DNA of 64,000 nucleotides, from contig JAJZLU010000035.1 in the NCBI GenBank assembly GCA_021850545.1, positions 114,557-178,556 on the forward strand, written 5' to 3'. A program made the position numbers and the translations under genes. Under the pieces are notes generated by a model, which saw only the letters and a program-made list of their open reading frames with translations, was not told where the DNA came from and made no database searches. Shown piece by piece: positions 60,209-64,000 of the stretch. Positions within the stretch are counted from its first letter, which is position 1. The number at the start of each line of letters is the position of its first letter. The stretch comes from Thermoplasmata archaeon (GTDB lineage: Archaea > Thermoplasmatota > Thermoplasmata > Thermoplasmatales > Thermoplasmataceae).

Positions 60209-60915
60209 TACTGCTCACCCCTTGCGATTTCAAATGAGTACTTTGGCCCGGCGATCATGAAGGTGTAATCTGCCACAGTGGAGAAGTCCTCCTCGAAGTG
60301 GACAAGGTTGCTGCCTGATGATTCCTTTACCTCTACTTTCTTGATTGTGCCGATGCTGCCCACATGTGCCCCTCCAGTGAGGAATGCCTTGTTTCCAGGC
60401 TGCATCTTGATTATGTGCTGTACCTTCTTTTCTGGAACGGTCATGATGAGGACATCTCCTGTTGAGATGCTCATGTCCTCTGTTATGAAGTTCTGGCCAT
60501 CGTGGAGGACGAGCTGCGTCTTCCCTGATGTGGTGGTTATCTTGTTGAAAACCTTCATGGGCTTCAGGTTGCTGTATTTCTCGTCTTCCCTGTGGACAAC
60601 GAGCCTTCCCTTCTTGTCGTAAACTACCCTGTAACTCTCGCCAGTTGGGACTACGGTTATGATGTCCATGAATCCTACTGCTGTCTTCCTGCTCTTCACA
60701 ACTTTCCCATCGATCTTGATGAAGCCGCTGTTAAGCATCCTGGTTACTTCCCTTTCCTTGTCACCCAGTTTCAGGTAATCCCTGAGAACTGTAAGAAGTG
60801 CCACTGAACTTTCCTTGGTGTGCTTTCCCGGATTTGGGGTAGCTCCCCAGAAGAAATTCTTCCTTGGTATCTTGGTGACCCTTGGAATAACCAGTCTCTT
60901 TGTCTTGTTGATCAT
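60208..60915 (-). CDS. rps4e: 30S ribosomal protein S4e
   Basis: 235 aa with S4e N-terminal, KOW and C-terminal regions. Conserved order. Confidence 0.95.
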   Translation of the reverse strand: MINKTKRLVIPRVTKIPRKNFFWGATPNPGKHTKESSVALLTVLRDYLKLGDKEREVTRMLNSGFIKIDGKVVKSRKTAVGFMDIITVVPTGESYRVVYDKKGRLVVHREDEKYSNLKPMKVFNKITTTSGKTQLVLHDGQNFITEDMSISTGDVLIMTVPEKKVQHIIKMQPGNKAFLTGGAHVGSIGTIKKVEVKESSGSNLVHFEEDFSTVADYTFMIAGPKYSFEIARGEQ

Positions 60916-61403
60916 TCTTCTTCACTCTCCGATTTTTCTTCCTCTGCTTCTTCCTGAGGTTCTTCTGACTCTCCCTCAGGTTCCCCGGCAGATTCCTCAA
61001 GGGTATCGGCTTCCTTGACTTCAGTTGCCTCAGCCTCAATTTCGGCAGGTTCTTCCTCTGCCACTTCGGGCTCTGGCTCCTGGATCGTAATCCTCTTTAT
61101 GGCAGCTATCTGCCTTATCTTCTGGAGTCTCTCATCTCTGGAGAAATCCAGTTTTGTTATTGTGAGGTCCTGGGCTCTCAGGTAAAGCTCTGTCTGCTTT
61201 CCGTCTTCCTTTGCTATTGTGATGCCTTCTACGGATACACGCCCGCTGCTGTGGTTGACATCAACGACCTTGCCTCCTTCACCCTTTCTCTTTCCTGACT
61301 TTACTTTGACAATATCACCAGCAGAAATGGGGAAAGCCCTTATTCCGTATCTCTTCCTCAAGTCGCTTGACAGTGTCACTTTAATCTTGGTAATCATCTT
61401 CAT
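60912..61403 (-). CDS. rpl24: 50S ribosomal protein L24 (uL24) with an acidic C-terminal tail
   Basis: KOW motif AGDIVKVKSGKRKGEGGKV, then a tail of about 57 aa rich in E/P/A/S. Confidence 0.9.
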   Translation of the reverse strand: MKMITKIKVTLSSDLRKRYGIRAFPISAGDIVKVKSGKRKGEGGKVVDVNHSSGRVSVEGITIAKEDGKQTELYLRAQDLTITKLDFSRDERLQKIRQIAAIKRITIQEPEPEVAEEEPAEIEAEATEVKEADTLEESAGEPEGESEEPQEEAEEEKSESEEE

Positions 61404-61409
61404 CCACCA

Positions 61410-61808
61410 TTACACAATTGTTGAAGCGATGGCTGCAATTCTTGGCCATCTCTCTGCTGCTTCTCTCGCAACAGGGCCCTTAATTTCAGATCCCCTTACT
61501 TCACCATCTGGCGTAACAAGAACAGCGGCATTTTCGTCGAACTGGACCATTGTGCCGTCAGCTCTCCTGAATGGCCTCCTCTGCCTTACCACCACAGCGT
61601 AAACTACCTTGGCTCTCATTTCTGGAGTGCCTTTCTTAACGCTGGCTATGAACATATCCCCCACACCTGCTGCAGGGATTCTTGATGCGACACCGTGATA
61701 GGCCTTCACATCTATGAGGCTGATGATCTTTGCGCCGCTGTTGTCGGCGCATGGCATGGTTGCTCCCAGTGGAAGCCCTCTGTGCTGTCTTCCAGCTATT
61801 CCCTTCAT
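61410..61808 (-). CDS. rpl14: 50S ribosomal protein L14 (uL14)
   Basis: CADNSGAK motif. 132 aa. Confidence 0.95.
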   Translation of the reverse strand: MKGIAGRQHRGLPLGATMPCADNSGAKIISLIDVKAYHGVASRIPAAGVGDMFIASVKKGTPEMRAKVVYAVVVRQRRPFRRADGTMVQFDENAAVLVTPDGEVRGSEIKGPVAREAAERWPRIAAIASTIV

Positions 61809-62140
61809 TGCTTCACCTTCTCAATTACTACGAATGAAATTGTCTTTGCCAGATTGCGGCACTCTGCGATCTTGACCTTGTCTCCCGGTAAAACATGTAT
61901 GCATTCGGGAACATGGGCATGGTACTTGCTGAACCTTGTTTCCTTCCTTTCGTATTTCCCAAGCGCTTTCTTGTATTCCCTAACTATAGTGGCGCTCCTG
62001 ATCATTGAGGCTGTTTCAACAGTGCCGTCAATGACCTGCCCCCTTACTTTCAGCTCTCCGTGGAATGGGCATTTCTTGTCATGGCACTCCTCTTCAGGAG
62101 GAGTAACTTCGAAACCGATATTCTTAGTTATTGTAATCAC
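61805..62140 (-). CDS. rps17: 30S ribosomal protein S17 (uS17)
   Basis: CHDKKCPFHG plus an OB fold. Conserved order. Confidence 0.9.
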   Translation of the reverse strand: MITITKNIGFEVTPPEEECHDKKCPFHGELKVRGQVIDGTVETASMIRSATIVREYKKALGKYERKETRFSKYHAHVPECIHVLPGDKVKIAECRNLAKTISFVVIEKVKQ

Positions 62141-62423
62141 CCTTGTTTTCGTTTTTAAGTATCTTTCTGAGATTCTTCAGGCGTTCCTCGGGCCTCATGA
62201 GTATTGAGCTGCCCTGCACCTTCAGATTGAATCTATCAGATGTGATCATGAATTTTCCTGTTGCCTTTGGAATGATTTTCAGCTTTCCATGTGACCTAAT
62301 CCTGAAAGTTCTTGCAGTCTCGTCCAGAATTTCTCCCTCCAAACCCTTGAAGAGGGAATTTGAGTGGGAAATTACCCTTATGGTGCTGCCGATGAATTCC
62401 CTTGCGTAGTCCTTTGCATCCAT
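62124..62423 (-). CDS. rnp1: RNase P protein component 1 (Rpp29/Pop4)
   Basis: FIGSTIRVISHSNSLFKGLEGEILDETARTFRI Sm-like fold motif. Conserved position between SUI1/L29 and S17. Confidence 0.8.
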   Translation of the reverse strand: MDAKDYAREFIGSTIRVISHSNSLFKGLEGEILDETARTFRIRSHGKLKIIPKATGKFMITSDRFNLKVQGSSILMRPEERLKNLRKILKNENKGDYNN

Positions 62424-62723
62424 CTAAACCAGCTCCACCTTAAACCCGATGTCCTCCAGATATTTTTTCACAGTGTCCCTGTGGTCCCCCTGAAGTTCAA
62501 TGGTCTTGTTGTCCTTCACGGTACCGCCTGAGGCAACCTTCTTTTTGAGTTCCTTGGCGATATCCCAGATATTTTCAGACTTTGGGTCAATCCCTTCGAT
62601 TATTGTCACGTTCTTTCCGTACCTTCTTTTGTCTACGCTGACTTTCACTGCCTGGCTGTCCCTTGTAAATCCTTCCCAAGGTTGCAGCTCCTTTGGCAAA
62701 CCAGTGAAATTCTTATCCTTCAT
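62424..62723 (-). CDS. sui1: Translation initiation factor SUI1 (aIF1)
   Basis: VSVDKRRYGKNVTIIEGID motif. 99 aa. Confidence 0.9.
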   Translation of the reverse strand: MKDKNFTGLPKELQPWEGFTRDSQAVKVSVDKRRYGKNVTIIEGIDPKSENIWDIAKELKKKVASGGTVKDNKTIELQGDHRDTVKKYLEDIGFKVELV

Positions 62724-62923
62724 TCTTTGTTATCCTCCGAGCCCAGAACAGTTAATATTCTGGCGATCTGCCTTCTTATTGACTTTATCTTACCAGGATT
62801 TGTTGGAGCCCCTCCCATTGCCACGGATGCCCTTTCATTGAGCAATGACTCCTTGAGGGCCTTAAGCTTATCCTGTACCTCTTCCTTACTCATTTGTTTT
62901 AGTTGTTTCGCTCTTAGCTCCAT
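62720..62923 (-). CDS. rpl29: 50S ribosomal protein L29 (uL29)
   Basis: [26 protein letters not shown]. 67 aa. Confidence 0.9.
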   Translation of the reverse strand: MELRAKQLKQMSKEEVQDKLKALKESLLNERASVAMGGAPTNPGKIKSIRRQIARILTVLGSEDNKE

Positions 62924-63548
62924 TTTCCTGCACCTCTGATACGGTTTGCACCTGTGGCCTTATGTCTGCAACGATTTCATCCGGAAGCTTGTAGTCATTT
63001 CTGAGCATTTTCACGCTGACCCCGATGACACCGAGTTTCATCTTGGCTATTGAAAATCCTGTTTCCATTCCGGCCCTTGCGGGTTCACCGGAATATTTGA
63101 TTGAACCATAGGTGAACTTCTGTGTTCTACCCCTCTCACCGGATATCTTTCCGGCGATCCTTATCATGACTCCCCTGGTTCCACTTTCGGTAACCCTTCT
63201 CAGTGAAGTGTTTCCTGCTTTCCTGTAAGACCAACCCTTCTCAAGTGAAAGGGCAATCTTCTTGGAAACTACCTGAGGATTCAGGTCTGGCTCATTGATT
63301 TCCTTGACTTCTATCTGCGGTGATTCTACCTTGTACTTCTTTTCCAGTGTTTCTGTAATTTCCTGGACTTTTCCGCCGTGCCTTCCAATTACCAGGCCCG
63401 GCTTATTTGCATACAGTGTGATGTTTGTTCCGAATGGGGTCCTCTTCATCTCGAGGCCGCCAAATCCTGCACTCTCTGTGGCACTTCTCAGATACTCAGT
63501 GACAAGAAGCTTATTTACTGAATTTGCCACAAATTTCCTTTCCTTCAT
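62886..63548 (-). CDS. rps3: 30S ribosomal protein S3 (uS3)
   Basis: KH domain [13 protein letters not shown]. 220 aa. Confidence 0.95.
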   Translation of the reverse strand: MKERKFVANSVNKLLVTEYLRSATESAGFGGLEMKRTPFGTNITLYANKPGLVIGRHGGKVQEITETLEKKYKVESPQIEVKEINEPDLNPQVVSKKIALSLEKGWSYRKAGNTSLRRVTESGTRGVMIRIAGKISGERGRTQKFTYGSIKYSGEPARAGMETGFSIAKMKLGVIGVSVKMLRNDYKLPDEIVADIRPQVQTVSEVQENGAKSETTKTNE

Positions 63549-63994
63549 TCTGTAACCTCCTCAACTACGATATCGATATTGATTAAATCTCTAAAGAATG
63601 CCCCTGCCCTTCCATAGGCTTTTGGGGAATACTTCTTTATGACACGGCCCTTGGATGCTGAAACATGAAGTATTTTCAATGAGTCTGTGTCCAGGCTCTT
63701 GAATTCTGCATTAGCTTCAACATTGTTGAGCAGGTCAAGAAATGCTTTTGCTGCCCTGACCGGGTACCTTCCAGGCCCTGTTCCCCTTCTGTGGGAAACT
63801 GAGTCAAGGTATCTGAAGTACGGTACGGGCTGTTCCTTTGCAATTACTTTTTCAAGCGTGTCCTTAGCCCTTTCCAGCCCCATTCCCCTGAGGTGGTGTG
63901 CAATGTTTACTGCATCTTTCAATGAAATATCCACTTCTTTTGCCCTTGCGATTGCGGATCTTTCCGGTATCTGTGCTATTGCGTATCCTTTCAT
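63545..63994 (-). CDS. rpl22: 50S ribosomal protein L22 (uL22)
   Basis: [22 protein letters not shown] motif. 149 aa. Confidence 0.95.
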   Translation of the reverse strand: MKGYAIAQIPERSAIARAKEVDISLKDAVNIAHHLRGMGLERAKDTLEKVIAKEQPVPYFRYLDSVSHRRGTGPGRYPVRAAKAFLDLLNNVEANAEFKSLDTDSLKILHVSASKGRVIKKYSPKAYGRAGAFFRDLINIDIVVEEVTE

Positions 63995-64000
63995 TTACAT

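Noticed and set aside
62124-62723. SUI1 and RNase P Rpp29 genes embedded in the ribosomal protein cluster as a possible oddity.
   Set aside because: This arrangement is a well-known conserved feature of euryarchaeal S10/spc-like clusters. It is not novel.
63995-64000. Probable 3' end (stop codon TAA, read as tta on the plus strand) of rps19 upstream of rpl22.
   Set aside because: It is expected from the conserved gene order, but only 6 nt are in the window. That is too little to support a feature.

Overview
Archaeal chromosomal core region, most likely from a Thermoplasmata/Thermoplasmatales-like euryarchaeon. Three things point that way: an unsplit 1200-aa rpoB, a stand-alone 5S rRNA gene with no 16S or 23S nearby, and a Ta0583-type actin homologue. 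The window is gene-dense and mostly housekeeping.

The right third (about 50.3-64 kb, minus strand) is the large ribosomal-protein/secY string: L22-S3-L29-SUI1-Rpp29-S17-L14-L24-S4e-L5-S14-S8-L6-L32e-L19e-L18-S5-L30-L15-SecY-Adk-DUF106-Cmk-Cbf5-Nop5-like.

Other conserved archaeal blocks:
- rpoH-rpoB-rpoA'-rpoA''-nusA (24.2-32.8 kb)
- S13-S4-S11-rpoD (12.5-14.9 kb)
- aIF1A-Rio1-KH/Dim2 (20.3-22.1 kb)
- L44e-S27e-aIF2alpha-Nop10-PAC2 (46.0-48.2 kb)
- LSm-L37e-purF (48.4-50.3 kb)
- top6B-top6A (42.9-45.9 kb)

Metabolic and transport genes include a prpD-prpB-prpC methylcitrate cluster, a JAB/NAD kinase/IMPase cluster, hemC-hemD, otsA-otsB, two ABC-2 exporters, an APC permease, an MFS transporter, trpS, an MtnA/eIF2B-like gene and a DapA/KDG-aldolase-like gene.

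RNA genes read directly from the sequence are initiator tRNA-Met, tRNA-Lys(UUU) and an orphan 5S rRNA that lies antisense under a spurious 64-aa ORF. Three small genes absent from the ORF track were recovered by hand translation: Nop10, S14 and L37e.

No CRISPR array, transposase, integrase or recognisable defence system was seen. The most unusual items are:
- a chromosomal ParM/Ta0583-like actin gene followed by a small RHH/coiled-coil gene, with a perfect palindrome between them (parM-parR-like layout)
- a shortened Nop5-like gene overlapping the 3' end of cbf5
- a purF whose catalytic Cys codon sits 4 nt after the L37e stop, so any start codon lies inside L37e
- low-complexity or extra-domain extensions on S4, L24, Cbf5, SecY and RpoA''
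- an orphan protein built from three tandem repeats

All functional calls rest on motif recognition by eye. No database search was run.
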